This document shows, one piece after another, positions 25,783 to 35,819 of a stretch of 50,565 nucleotides of DNA. The position numbers were made by a program, and so were the translations under genes. The notes beneath the pieces were generated by a model. That model saw nothing but the letters and a program-made list of their open reading frames with translations. It did no database searches and was not told the origin of the DNA. How positions within the stretch are numbered: position 1 is the stretch's first letter; each line of letters starts with the position of its first letter. Source of the DNA: Methanobacteriota archaeon (GTDB lineage Archaea; Thermoplasmatota; Poseidoniia; Poseidoniales; Poseidoniaceae); contig JABIGM010000012.1 in the NCBI GenBank assembly GCA_018650165.1, positions 1 to 50,565 of the forward strand. Direction: 5' to 3'.

Positions 25783-25871
25783 CCATTTGAGGGGGATGAA
25801 CCTTCCCTTGGATAAAACCGAGTTCAGTGAGAGCCCTTATGAGCCACCGCCAAGAGCCCCGAGGGATAGCC

Positions 25872-28800
25872 ATGATTCAAGAGGGTGCTAAGGATGTCCA
25901 TGACCCTCTACTTGGTCTGGATATAGCACGGCTTGAAAGTGAAATGGAAACATACCATGAATGGTTCGATGAAAGAGCCGAAGAGGCTTACCAATTAGCA
26001 TCGAAGGCTAGAGCAAAGGGGCTCGACCATACATTGGAGGTTGAAATCCCTCGTGCATCTGATTTGGCAAGCAGAACTGAAAAATTACTTATTCACCATC
26101 TTGAAGATGTAGAGGTTGCTGAAGATATACGTACGCTGCTTGCGGAATTCGACCGTGAAACCACTTCGATAAAAATGGGAATTATGGTGGCTAAACGGTT
26201 TCGTGAGGAGGGCCATGATTTGCAGAAGAGTATTGATGTTGGCCTTCGCGTAGGTTTGGCAATCTTAACCGAAGCTGTACTGGTTGCACCACTCGAAGGA
26301 ATCAGTGAAGTTCGATTGCTCTCTAACGTTGATGGCTCACAGTTCCTTTCCGTGCATTTCGCAGGTCCAATTCGAGCGGCGGGCGGTACTGCACAGGCTC
26401 TTGCAGTTCTTATTGCCGATATGATTCGAAGAGAGTTAGGGGTAGGTTCCTACAAACCAACAGACGATGAGGTTGAGAGGGTCAAAGAGGAATTCGGATT
26501 ATATCGGGGGAATTTGCAGTATCGCCCTCCGCCAGAAGAAGTTGATACAATTGTTAGGGCGTGCCCGGTTATGATCAACGGTGAATCTACTGAAGATATT
26601 GAATGTGCTGGATATGGGCGTGTACGCAATATCGATGAGGCAAGAATTAGAGGAGGCGTCCTCCTTGTAATAGGGGAAGGTTTGTGTCTAAAAGCCCCTA
26701 AAATTCAGAAACATACTGAACGACTAGATGTGGAAGGATGGGGTTTCATATCTGTATTTGCAAATAAGAGTAAATCAAAGGAAGAAGGTGTGAATTCGAA
26801 TGGATTTAAATCCCGTAGAGTTCCATCTATTTCCAAATTTATGAAAGATATTATTGCCGGTAGGCCGGTTTTTGGCGCTCCACTTGAACCGGGAGGATTT
26901 CGATTAAGATACGGAAGGGCAAGACCATCGGGACTCGCTGCTGGGTCTTGCAATGCAGCAAGCATGGCTGCGATGGACGATTTCCTAGCGGTTGGGACTC
27001 AAATGAAAATTGAACGCCCCGGCAAGGCATGTGCAATCACTCCGTGTGATATCGCGGAAGGGCCGTGGGCTATCTTACGAAATGGAACTTTCAAACGATA
27101 TGATGATGAGGCTTCATTTAGAAAAGATAAGGCTCAGATTAGTTCGATTTGGGATAATGGGGAGTTGGTTTTAGGATATGGAGAGTTCATGGAAAACAAC
27201 AAAAATTTGGTTCCTGCTGCATATTCTCATGATTGGTGGGCTGCTGATTTAATCGATGCGCTCGATAGTGAACAGGCAGTCGAAGAATTCTGCCGAATTA
27301 TGGGTATGGAAAGGAAATCAATGCCTCAAGGAGTGCCAGGTTTACCAATTGGACAAAATACAGATTTAGATGAAAGATTTCATTCAAGGCGAGAATGGAG
27401 AGAGGTTCTAATCCACCTCAACCCCTCATGGGATTCTGCTAAAGAAATCGCAATAAGATTCTCAACTTCACTTATCAGCCCTCATAATCCTTGGTGGCTA
27501 GATTTGCCAATAGAATGGGTCCCTGCCCTTCTTGAGGCCATTGATAATTCGACTATTCGCGATGGATGTTTGCGTTTTATTTCTGGAGTTAAGGGTTGGA
27601 ATCCTGATACGATGGATGAACTACGACCTGAACTAGAGGATGAGTTAGATTTCGAATCCATGCCGGGGCCGAATCTTCCAGTCGAAAATGGTATTTTCAT
27701 ATCATCTGTACCCAATAGTTGGGTGTTAAGAATTCATGGACTAGTCAAGGGATCTGCGCTCATGCTAGGCCTTACGCATCACCACGACAATGATGATTTA
27801 GTCATAACAGAAGGTTGGCAGGCAATGCTAGATGGTCTCGGATTTTCATACAAGAGTAAAGCGCCAGTTAGAATCGAAGATGCTATGACAATATTCAAAG
27901 ATAGAATCCAAAGTTTGAGAGAGACCGAATTAATCCTAGCAGAAGAACGAAAACGGAAAGGCGAGTTGGATAGTGAAAGGTCTACCGTTCGTATCGCTGC
28001 TGAAACAGGAGCCAGGCAACGTGGACTTGGTATTGCTGAAACCGATACTATCGGGAAAGAGGCCGCAGAAAAATTACCCGACCCGGGGCCAAGTAATCCT
28101 GAACAATATCTGCGGGCGCAAATCATGGAAGATGACCATGCTGTAGATGGAATCATTACTCAAGTACGGCAGATTTCACATATTCGGTGGGAACACTCTG
28201 CGCCTGTACGCATTGGGTGTAGAATGGGGCGTCCAGAAAAAAGTGCTCCTCGTGAAAAGCCAACTGTACACACTTTATTTCCGATAGAAAACTCTGGTGG
28301 AAATCAGCGATTGATTGGAAATGCTGCAGCAAAGCAGGAATTAAGGGCTCAGGTCGGTGTCAGGTTCTGTACTGTATGTGATAGAAAGTCACCAATGATA
28401 TCTTGTCATCACCGAAGGATTGCCGATAATGGTGAAATGATTCCTGGTGGAAATTGTGGAGGTAGAACCGAATTGAGGGTTTCTGATGCCAAGTCTAAAT
28501 CTAGGCGCCGCGGGGAAATCCAGACGATTCGCCTAGATGATTTACTTGAAGATGCCCGCATTTCTTTAGGGCTAGATCGTGTTCCAAAACGGATTAAAGG
28601 CGTCAAGAAAATGATGAGTAAAAATCAAACTCCTGAGCCTATAGAAAAAGGAATTCTTCGGGCTAAATACGGTTTGCCAGTATTCAGAGATGGGACTGTC
28701 CGGTTCGATATGAGTGATGTACCGGTAACTCATTTTACTCCAAAAGAAATCGGAGTAGACTGGAAGAAGTTGAAGCATTTGGGCTATAATTACGATTGCT

Positions 28801-29915
28801 TTGGTGCCGATTTATCTAACGATGAACAATTGTTAGAAATATTTCCCCAGGATTTCATTTTAGCAAAAAACGGTGCCGATTACTTTGTTAGAACTGCAAA
28901 ATATATTGATGAATTACTGGTCAGATTTTACGGGCTTGAACCATTCTACCATGTAGAGGAGCCTGATGATTTAGTCGGCCAACTTATCTGTGCATTAGCA
29001 CCGCATACTTCGGGGGGTGTTCTCTCTCGCCTGATTGGATTTTCAGATAGTTCAGGAGGTTATGCTCACCCATTATTCCATGCTGCAAAGCGAAGGAATT
29101 GTGATGGGGATGAAGATGCAATTATGTTATTGATGGATGGATTACTAAATTTCAGCAGAGAGATTTTGCCATCAAACCGTGGTGGACAAATGGATGCGCC
29201 TTTGGTTCTAACAACTAGGCTAAATCCTACTGAAGTCGATAAAGAAGCCCTGAATGTAGATTCTGCATGGCATTATGAAAGATGGTTCTATGAGGCCACA
29301 CTTGATCAACCGCATCCAAAAGTACTCTCTGATCGCATGGACTTTGTTGAACGCCGATTAGGTAGTGTTGCAGCTGTTAGAGGCCTAGGGTTCACCCACT
29401 CTACCAAAAATATGGCTGAGGGCCCACAATTATCTGCCTACAAAACTCTCGAAACTATGATTGACAAAATGAATGGACAATTATCTCTTGGCCACCGACT
29501 AAGGGGGGTGAACGTTCGAACGGTTGCTTCGAGTGTCATCAGGTCACATTTCCTCCCTGACTTGAGGGGCAACCTAGTCGCTTTCACTAGGCAAAAGGTC
29601 AGATGCCTCAAGTGTGGACACTCATATCGTAGAATGCCGTTGGCTGCCAAATGTATCCAACCACAAGTTCAAACCGGCAGAGGCATGAGTGCTTTTGGAG
29701 TTAGAAAGGCAGAGGGTGAAATGTGTGGTGGCAATCTAGCATTGACCGTTACCGAAGGCGCTGTAAGGAAATACATCAAAGTTACAAAACACGTTATGGA
29801 AACCTATGGTGTAGATAATTACACTAAACAAAATGTAGAGTGGCTTGCAGACAGTGTTGAAAGCCTATTCAGTAATGATAAGGCTAAACAAATGAGTCTT
29901 GCTGATTTCCTCTGA
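25872..29915 (+). CDS. polC: DNA polymerase II (PolD) large subunit DP2
   Basis: FAGPIRAAGGT, GRPVF, FRLRYGRAR, RIGCRMGRPEK, catalytic HAAKRRNCDGDED, C-terminal Zn finger and PIP box KQMSLADFL. Probable start MIQEG at 25872. Confidence 0.97.
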   Translation: MIQEGAKDVHDPLLGLDIARLESEMETYHEWFDERAEEAYQLASKARAKGLDHTLEVEIPRASDLASRTEKLLIHHLEDVEVAEDIRTLLAEFDRETTSIKMGIMVAKRFREEGHDLQKSIDVGLRVGLAILTEAVLVAPLEGISEVRLLSNVDGSQFLSVHFAGPIRAAGGTAQALAVLIADMIRRELGVGSYKPTDDEVERVKEEFGLYRGNLQYRPPPEEVDTIVRACPVMINGESTEDIECAGYGRVRNIDEARIRGGVLLVIGEGLCLKAPKIQKHTERLDVEGWGFISVFANKSKSKEEGVNSNGFKSRRVPSISKFMKDIIAGRPVFGAPLEPGGFRLRYGRARPSGLAAGSCNAASMAAMDDFLAVGTQMKIERPGKACAITPCDIAEGPWAILRNGTFKRYDDEASFRKDKAQISSIWDNGELVLGYGEFMENNKNLVPAAYSHDWWAADLIDALDSEQAVEEFCRIMGMERKSMPQGVPGLPIGQNTDLDERFHSRREWREVLIHLNPSWDSAKEIAIRFSTSLISPHNPWWLDLPIEWVPALLEAIDNSTIRDGCLRFISGVKGWNPDTMDELRPELEDELDFESMPGPNLPVENGIFISSVPNSWVLRIHGLVKGSALMLGLTHHHDNDDLVITEGWQAMLDGLGFSYKSKAPVRIEDAMTIFKDRIQSLRETELILAEERKRKGELDSERSTVRIAAETGARQRGLGIAETDTIGKEAAEKLPDPGPSNPEQYLRAQIMEDDHAVDGIITQVRQISHIRWEHSAPVRIGCRMGRPEKSAPREKPTVHTLFPIENSGGNQRLIGNAAAKQELRAQVGVRFCTVCDRKSPMISCHHRRIADNGEMIPGGNCGGRTELRVSDAKSKSRRRGEIQTIRLDDLLEDARISLGLDRVPKRIKGVKKMMSKNQTPEPIEKGILRAKYGLPVFRDGTVRFDMSDVPVTHFTPKEIGVDWKKLKHLGYNYDCFGADLSNDEQLLEIFPQDFILAKNGADYFVRTAKYIDELLVRFYGLEPFYHVEEPDDLVGQLICALAPHTSGGVLSRLIGFSDSSGGYAHPLFHAAKRRNCDGDEDAIMLLMDGLLNFSREILPSNRGGQMDAPLVLTTRLNPTEVDKEALNVDSAWHYERWFYEATLDQPHPKVLSDRMDFVERRLGSVAAVRGLGFTHSTKNMAEGPQLSAYKTLETMIDKMNGQLSLGHRLRGVNVRTVASSVIRSHFLPDLRGNLVAFTRQKVRCLKCGHSYRRMPLAAKCIQPQVQTGRGMSAFGVRKAEGEMCGGNLALTVTEGAVRKYIKVTKHVMETYGVDNYTKQNVEWLADSVESLFSNDKAKQMSLADFL

Positions 29916-29916
29916 A

Positions 29917-30501
29917 CTATTGGGGGCGTTTCGGCTCTTGCCAAATTGGAGAAGTCTGTACCTCTGCTTCGTTTGGTTTTAATTCCCCGGCAATTGCTTT
30001 TCCGTCTGCTTCGATATTTCCGAATCGTTTCCTTAACAAAGTGCGAACTGAAGTTTCGCCATATGCCACAATTAGAGTTCCAATTGAAAATAATACGGCA
30101 CCGGGGATTATGGCTGATTTAAGAGGCCATGTGTAGAGGGTTGTAGTAGTCTCTCCTCCCTCTTCGAGTTCTGTTGTAATCAATAAAGTTCCTTCTTCAG
30201 ATGTGGAAGAAAACGTGATGCAACCATCATCTGTTGTCCCATTCCATGAGTAAACCACAACCGATTCAAATTCTACTTTGATGCTTGCCTCGTATACTCC
30301 TCCGTTAACTGAATCAAAACAATGCTCCAATTCATAATCTACTGAAGTACCAATAATAGTTCCTATTTTAGCTTCTCTTTCTCCTGAAAAATCAGCACCT
30401 GAGCGATTGATCTCTTGGCTAGCACTCTGTTGACTGACGAAGTACCAGCCGGAATTTACAATAAACAAGGCAATGAGCCATAAAATGTGATTTTTTTTCA
30501 T
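29917..30501 (-). CDS. Hypothetical membrane protein (two TM segments flanking a beta-rich domain)
   Basis: Hydrophobic N-terminal segment and AIIPGAVLFSIGTLIVAYG. No recognised family. Confidence 0.6.
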   Translation of the reverse strand: MKKNHILWLIALFIVNSGWYFVSQQSASQEINRSGADFSGEREAKIGTIIGTSVDYELEHCFDSVNGGVYEASIKVEFESVVVYSWNGTTDDGCITFSSTSEEGTLLITTELEEGGETTTTLYTWPLKSAIIPGAVLFSIGTLIVAYGETSVRTLLRKRFGNIEADGKAIAGELKPNEAEVQTSPIWQEPKRPQ

Positions 30502-31130
30502 TTGCCTGCCTCCAAAGATAGCAACTTCAACACTTCATTCATCCACTTCAACTTCATTAGTTTTCGTTTTTCATCAGTCACGCCAGACCAGCGACCTACT
30601 TCGTCTGTAGAAAATCCCACTAATTCGACCTCGGTCGCGCCTAATGCAAATGCAATACATACGGCTCTATCGCCATCTGTAAATCCGCCCGGGTTGTACA
30701 TTCCTTCGATATTATGTGGTGTTTGGTGAGTTAGCAATAGTTGTTGATTTTCATCAACAATGGATAGAATATATTTCCATGCATTTACATTATCTCCATG
30801 CGCATGAAGAATAATTGGTATCCCTTTGTTGAGTGCTTTCTCAATATGAGGTGAGCCGTCTCCATCGCTCACAATGAGAACTACTTTCGAATAATCTACT
30901 ATGGCCCCGATTGCTCCATCTGCAACTATTGTTGGTATCTTTGGAATATGCCCTGGATTTGCAGCAGCCCCTACGACTGCAACCTTTCCCTTAAGATGTA
31001 ATGATGGTGTTGGGTTTTTGCAAGATTCCAAGAGCGATAATGCACTCTCATAATCCGCATCAAGACTCCAACCGAAGTGCTCACGAATTTCATCTTGAAT
31101 GCGAACCAACTCTTGTACGAATGGTTGCAT
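30498..31130 (-). CDS. mptE: 6-hydroxymethyl-7,8-dihydropterin diphosphokinase (MptE-like, DUF115)
   Basis: VAVVGAA, IVADGA, VSDGDG, ILHAHGDN, GGFTDGDRAV...ALGA..VELVGF. Start at 31130 follows a GGGGTGA SD-like sequence. Confidence 0.8.
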   Translation of the reverse strand: MQPFVQELVRIQDEIREHFGWSLDADYESALSLLESCKNPTPSLHLKGKVAVVGAAANPGHIPKIPTIVADGAIGAIVDYSKVVLIVSDGDGSPHIEKALNKGIPIILHAHGDNVNAWKYILSIVDENQQLLLTHQTPHNIEGMYNPGGFTDGDRAVCIAFALGATEVELVGFSTDEVGRWSGVTDEKRKLMKLKWMNEVLKLLSLEAGK

Positions 31131-31160
31131 CGGCTCACCCCACCCCGATATCCCACATGA

Positions 31161-32342
31161 ATGAGAGGGTTCAAATGCAACGCCATAGAATTGGGAAATG
31201 TGCCCAAGCCATTCTCTATTCCTGACCTCAAAGACGAGGTCACACTTGCAAGATATCCCTTCTTGCCCCAAGCAAAGGAATGGATTGCAAAGATGGCAAC
31301 TACTCACGAAATCGATATCGATGAATTGCTAGATGGATCAATGATGGAAAGAGCGCGTGTTCGTGCAAGGTCTCGGTTGGTTGATTCAGTAGATAGTAAG
31401 GATGGGGTTGAGGTTGCTTCAATTGGCGACATCCATACAGAGGAAGGGCGGCTACTAGAAGCCTTTTCGTTCTATTATGCTAGACTAGTTGTTGGAGCTA
31501 GTGAAGATGAGAGATTAATTTCTAGATGGGCTCAAGCAGAAGCAGAAAGAGCCCAGCATATACTTGACCGAGATGATGCAATCGCAATCATTGCTAGCAC
31601 ATATATTTCTGAAATTGAATGTGATAAAAATGGTGTGTGGCGCATTGGCCTAGCGGACTTTATCGAACTATGTACTGGGATTACTGGTTCGCGTTGGAGA
31701 CTCCCTAATTGTGATATCAAAGATGGATGGGTTACTCTCTTTGATGAAGGTGACAAATATTCGTCCAAAGGTAAAGTTGCTAGACTATTGCGAGAGAGGA
31801 TGAAGGACGACATTAGACTCGATGCCATTGAAAAAATGGCAAAGATGGATGAAAGTTTGCTGATTCGATTATCAGAACCAGTTGGTATGATTCGTGGTTT
31901 AGTAGCTTCACGTACGGCAGAAACAATTGCACTAATTGGGGCGGGAGAAGAAGATTGGCCGCCCTGTATGAGAAAGGCTGTTTCAGAACTTGCGGAAGGC
32001 GTAAACGTCAACCATTTTGGTCGGGTTTTCTTAGGTTCAATGTCACGGTGTATTGGCCTGCCTGCAGAAACTACTGTTGATTTCTTTAGAGCGGCTCCAG
32101 ACTTTAATGAAAGCACTACAACCTACCAAGTAGGCCACCTTTACGAGAGAGAGTATACTCCTTCTGGGTGCTCAAAATTGAAAGTCAATCACAACTGTGC
32201 TGTTAGAACTGGAGAAGACCGTTTGTGTGACCAACCATGGATGGACCATCCACTGAAATATATTCGCGCTAAACAACGCAGACGAAAGAAACAAGAAAGT
32301 GTCGAAGTGAATGTAATACCACCCAATTCGGGCGATGCTTGA
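31161..32342 (+). CDS. priL: DNA primase large subunit
   Basis: LARYPFL N-terminus and an Fe-S domain WPPCM...NHFGR...DF...TTYQV.HL...Y.PSGC...NC...C...HPLKY. The true start may lie a few codons downstream. Confidence 0.9.
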   Translation: MRGFKCNAIELGNVPKPFSIPDLKDEVTLARYPFLPQAKEWIAKMATTHEIDIDELLDGSMMERARVRARSRLVDSVDSKDGVEVASIGDIHTEEGRLLEAFSFYYARLVVGASEDERLISRWAQAEAERAQHILDRDDAIAIIASTYISEIECDKNGVWRIGLADFIELCTGITGSRWRLPNCDIKDGWVTLFDEGDKYSSKGKVARLLRERMKDDIRLDAIEKMAKMDESLLIRLSEPVGMIRGLVASRTAETIALIGAGEEDWPPCMRKAVSELAEGVNVNHFGRVFLGSMSRCIGLPAETTVDFFRAAPDFNESTTTYQVGHLYEREYTPSGCSKLKVNHNCAVRTGEDRLCDQPWMDHPLKYIRAKQRRRKKQESVEVNVIPPNSGDA

Positions 32343-32386
32343 TGAATAGGAAGCGTATCAGCGCTATTGTAGCCGGGGTGTGAAGA

Positions 32387-33505
32387 ATGACTCGAACTCT
32401 TGTATTGACTGTCGACCGAGACAATGATCTTGGTATGAAAACGGCAATCCGCGGGCCCGTAGTTGGCCGAAAACCGGTGTTAACCGCAGCGTTAAGGCTC
32501 GGTATTGCCGACCCTGAAGAAAGCGATACTAATGCTATACTGGGCGCTCTTCATCAACACGATAACCTGGTTGAGTCCAATTCCGAGACCGACGAAGTCG
32601 AAATTGCAATTCTTACTGGTGACGAAAAGGTTGGCGTTCGCTCGGATAGAGCAATCGCTGCTCAACTAGAAGAAATTGTGACTGAATTCCAACCGGACCA
32701 AGCGATACTTGTTACTGATGGTGCTGAAGACGAATCGGTTTTACCGATTATTCAAAGCCAAGTTAGAATCGACCATGTCCAAAAAATTATTGTCAAGCAA
32801 TCCAAGGGCATTGAGGGAACATATTACTACATTGTAAAGGCGCTTGAGGACCCGAAATGGCGTGCTAAGATGCTCGTCCCACTTGGCGCAATCATGGCGA
32901 TTTTTGGACTTGGAGTAATGCTTCCAGATACCTTAGGCGGAGTTGTAATTGGTTCTCTACCCCTAATACTTGGACTGTTCATATTATCGAAAGGACTTGG
33001 TATTGAAGCAACTGTTAGCAGGGTTGCTCAAGAGATGCGAGAAAATGCAGACGCTGCGATGTTTACATCCTTACTTTGGACAACCACTGTGTTCAGTGCA
33101 ATATTTGCTGTAGCCACGGGATATGACAAATATCTGGAACTAGAAGCAACAACAAATTATTCTGTTGTTTGGATCGCAGTAGTACATTCTGCCTTAGCTT
33201 GGATTGTTATTGCATTCCTAACATCTACTGCCGGATTCATGTTATTACGCTTGAAGAAAGGCTCTTTCTCTGGTAGATTGATTATTCTAGCGGTATTCGG
33301 AATGGTTGTTTATTCATTCCTTGACCAAGGTCTATTGATTGCTATTGATGTACTGACTGGCGGCGATTATGAATTCTCTGTCCAAGGTATCTGGAATGTT
33401 ATGTTAGAACCGCTGATGTGGATTGCAGTACTATGGGTTACAACCACAATCGTCCGTGCTGTACAGGCTCGACAAGCCCAAGGCGACCACTATTGGGGAA
33501 TATAA
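32387..33505 (+). CDS. DUF373 family archaeal membrane protein
   Basis: LVLTVDRDNDLG...IADPEESDTN...VTDGAEDE...IVKQSKGIEGTYY followed by multiple TM helices. Confidence 0.85.
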   Translation: MTRTLVLTVDRDNDLGMKTAIRGPVVGRKPVLTAALRLGIADPEESDTNAILGALHQHDNLVESNSETDEVEIAILTGDEKVGVRSDRAIAAQLEEIVTEFQPDQAILVTDGAEDESVLPIIQSQVRIDHVQKIIVKQSKGIEGTYYYIVKALEDPKWRAKMLVPLGAIMAIFGLGVMLPDTLGGVVIGSLPLILGLFILSKGLGIEATVSRVAQEMRENADAAMFTSLLWTTTVFSAIFAVATGYDKYLELEATTNYSVVWIAVVHSALAWIVIAFLTSTAGFMLLRLKKGSFSGRLIILAVFGMVVYSFLDQGLLIAIDVLTGGDYEFSVQGIWNVMLEPLMWIAVLWVTTTIVRAVQARQAQGDHYWGI

Positions 33506-33976
33506 TCACGAGTGGAAAATCGCTTCGTGCATGCATTGAGGGCATGTCACTTTGATTGGACGGACATCTGGGATCCCTAATGGAGAAGAGCAAGCCGGGC
33601 AAATAATGGCTTGACGTACTTGTGATTGGTTGGATGCACCTTCTTGTGAAGGATTGTATTTCATTCGATATTGTTCGGCATTATCGATATATTGCGGTCC
33701 GGCATTCATGGGCAGAGCGTGGTCCAAATCAATAACATCCTTGTATGCCCCTGGTACAAATTCGTCTTCCAAAGAAGCCGGTGCAGGGTTTGCTACAGGA
33801 GTGGCCCCCGCCATCTTGTATTGTGCTAACTCGGATTCGATTTCTGCCAATCCTACTCCGTGAGTACGACTGATTGTGTCCATCTCTAACATTTGGTCGT
33901 AGCCTGATAGGCTTGCTAGACGAGCCAGTACATCTCCGGGTAGTGCCATATTTACTCCTCGGGTCCTCTTTCCCAT
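33506..33976 (-). CDS. Hypothetical protein with a C-terminal zinc ribbon
   Basis: CPAC-x13-CPQC at the C-terminus. Confidence 0.65.
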   Translation of the reverse strand: MGKRTRGVNMALPGDVLARLASLSGYDQMLEMDTISRTHGVGLAEIESELAQYKMAGATPVANPAPASLEDEFVPGAYKDVIDLDHALPMNAGPQYIDNAEQYRMKYNPSQEGASNQSQVRQAIICPACSSPLGIPDVRPIKVTCPQCMHEAIFHS

Positions 33977-34174
33977 TGAAGGTTCGTTTTATACGCATCA
34001 AGAGGGGATGCCCCGTCATAATCAGGGGACTAGGTTCCACCTAAGTGTAAAGATAGGTTATTTATCATCTATATTGCGGGGTTTGTTTTCCGAAATAAAG
34101 TCATTTTGTCGCATCATTTACTTGATGGGTTCAAATAGGTTGAGTAGAGGGCGGGCAAATACGGAGGAGTAATA

Positions 34175-34633
34175 TTGCCCCAAAGCAAAACCCGACATTC
34201 TACAAAGTCCGATAACTCGAAGGCTATTCGCCTATTGACTTGTAGCCAAGTAATGAGTTCGCCTAATGTTCTAGGAAGGGATGCGTCGGTAGCCGACGCC
34301 CTTGACCGAATCACTAGAATGAATTTGGATCACTTATTCATTGTAAATACAGAACGCGTCCCTATTGGGCGGATACATGCTGTTGATGTATTGAAAGTGA
34401 TTGCGAGGAAGACTGTTAACCGTGATATTGCATGGATGCATACGATTCCAGCTCGGCAATTGATTACTCAAAAATCATTTACGATGAAAGAAAATACACC
34501 TCTCCTCAAAGCAGCTGCTTTGATGCTAACACATGATTTGAACCAATTAGCAGTCACTGATAACGAAGGAGCAATTGTTGGAACCGTATCTCCAAGTATT
34601 GTAGCAAGACACTTGCCTCGATACATTCTCTGA
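34175..34633 (+). CDS. CBS domain pair protein
   Basis: Two CBS repeats (VMS...DALDRI...HLFIV...PIGRI; NTPLLKAAALM...QLAVTD...IVGTVS). The TTG start is preceded by GGAGGAG. Confidence 0.85.
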   Translation: MPQSKTRHSTKSDNSKAIRLLTCSQVMSSPNVLGRDASVADALDRITRMNLDHLFIVNTERVPIGRIHAVDVLKVIARKTVNRDIAWMHTIPARQLITQKSFTMKENTPLLKAAALMLTHDLNQLAVTDNEGAIVGTVSPSIVARHLPRYIL

Positions 34634-34668
34634 GATAATTTCAACAGCAAACCCCGGGTGGGAAAACT

Positions 34669-35463
34669 ATGTCATCCTCTCCAAGGCTGTGGCCCAATCC
34701 CCCAGGGAATTCCCCTTTGCCGCTACCTACGAGGCCAATGCTGTTCTCTAATCGTGAAATAAAGGCGCTTTCCGCCCCCCCAATGCCAGAAAGTGAATCT
34801 ATTGACTTAGAAGGTTTGAAGACATATATTGGTTCACATTCGCTAGAAGATGGCTCCAAGGTTTCTGATGTAATTAATTTGGAAAAGAGAAGGCCGCTAC
34901 TGATTGCTGGTGAACTTGCAAATCCCTACCGTTTATGCGATATTATGGCACCGGAGATGCCGATAATTCCTGTCAGGCTAGAAAATATTTGTAGAACATG
35001 GGCTGATAATTTAGATTCACGGGACGTCGTTCCTGGAATACACCATGTGACTATTGTTCGCTCGCCGGGGTGGTGGGAACGGTCTTTCATTACCTTAGTA
35101 GAGCCTGCTGATATGAAACGGATGGTGCAATGGCTCGATGGTTCCAAACCGAACACTTGGGCTCCAAAAAAACTAGCTGAAGGTATTATTCGTTTAGAAA
35201 ATGATTTGGAATTATCTTCGCCATTATTTGAACAAATTTCATGGGATGGTATCAATGAGGAAGTTGATATTGAAATCCCAGAATCAAATGGTCCATCTCT
35301 TGATTTGTCCACTCTGATTGTACCGATTAACACTCGCACTGGCTGCTATAATAGTCGAGGGCGAGTCAATCGATGTTCTCATTTTGCTCAAACTGAATTC
35401 CATGAGAAGATGTTTCGAAGAGGGTCATCGTTCAAATGGTCGGATATGCTAGATGTCCAGTGA
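34669..35463 (+). CDS. Hypothetical protein; central region weakly reminiscent of the gamma-glutamylcyclotransferase-like fold
   Basis: 264-aa ORF in an operon-like position. LLIAGELANPYRL loosely resembles the YGS-x-L-NP GGCT start. The assignment is weak. Confidence 0.5.
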   Translation: MSSSPRLWPNPPGNSPLPLPTRPMLFSNREIKALSAPPMPESESIDLEGLKTYIGSHSLEDGSKVSDVINLEKRRPLLIAGELANPYRLCDIMAPEMPIIPVRLENICRTWADNLDSRDVVPGIHHVTIVRSPGWWERSFITLVEPADMKRMVQWLDGSKPNTWAPKKLAEGIIRLENDLELSSPLFEQISWDGINEEVDIEIPESNGPSLDLSTLIVPINTRTGCYNSRGRVNRCSHFAQTEFHEKMFRRGSSFKWSDMLDVQ

Positions 35464-35504
35464 GTTAAGTCGGAAATTGTGGGCCCCGGGGCAATCCCGC
35501 TTGC

Positions 35505-35514
35505 AAAAGATATA
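35505..35514 (+). promoter_or_regulatory. Putative BRE/TATA element for the 35537 gene
   Basis: AAAAGATATA lies about 22 nt upstream of the ATG, consistent with a leaderless archaeal transcript. Confidence 0.35.
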
Positions 35515-35536
35515 GTTTGTAACCCTACAATATACC

Positions 35537-35785
35537 ATGAATGGAAACGGTTCGCAAAAGGTTGCACGATTAGAGAGACTGAAAGTAGAGATCATAGAGT
35601 ATGTTTCTGCAAACCCTGGGTGCTCTGCAGCAGATATTGTAGATTATCTATCTAACACGCGCCGAATGCGCAACCACGGCCTTACATCCCGTAAAGTAGG
35701 ATTCTTCATTCCTCGTTATCTAAAGAATCATGTGGGATTCACTCTTGACCGTTCTACGGGTAAGAGAATATACAGGGCTGCATGA
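35537..35785 (+). CDS. Small basic winged-helix-like DNA-binding protein
   Basis: 82 aa, EIIEYVSANPGCSAADIVDYL...LTSRKVGFFI...GKRIY gives a wHTH pattern. Confidence 0.65.
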   Translation: MNGNGSQKVARLERLKVEIIEYVSANPGCSAADIVDYLSNTRRMRNHGLTSRKVGFFIPRYLKNHVGFTLDRSTGKRIYRAA

Positions 35786-35819
35786 AAAGGTCAAATCGCT
35801 GCATAGTATGGGGTGGGTG

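Noticed and set aside
29080-29125. Possible intein in PolD DP2 explaining its length
   Set aside because: The usual insertion site HAAKRRN/CDGDED is uninterrupted, and no LAGLIDADG or HINT motifs are visible.
34112-34127. CATCA-N6-TGATG inverted repeat in the divergent promoter region
   Set aside because: A 5-bp arm palindrome is expected by chance, and I saw no second copy to support an operator.
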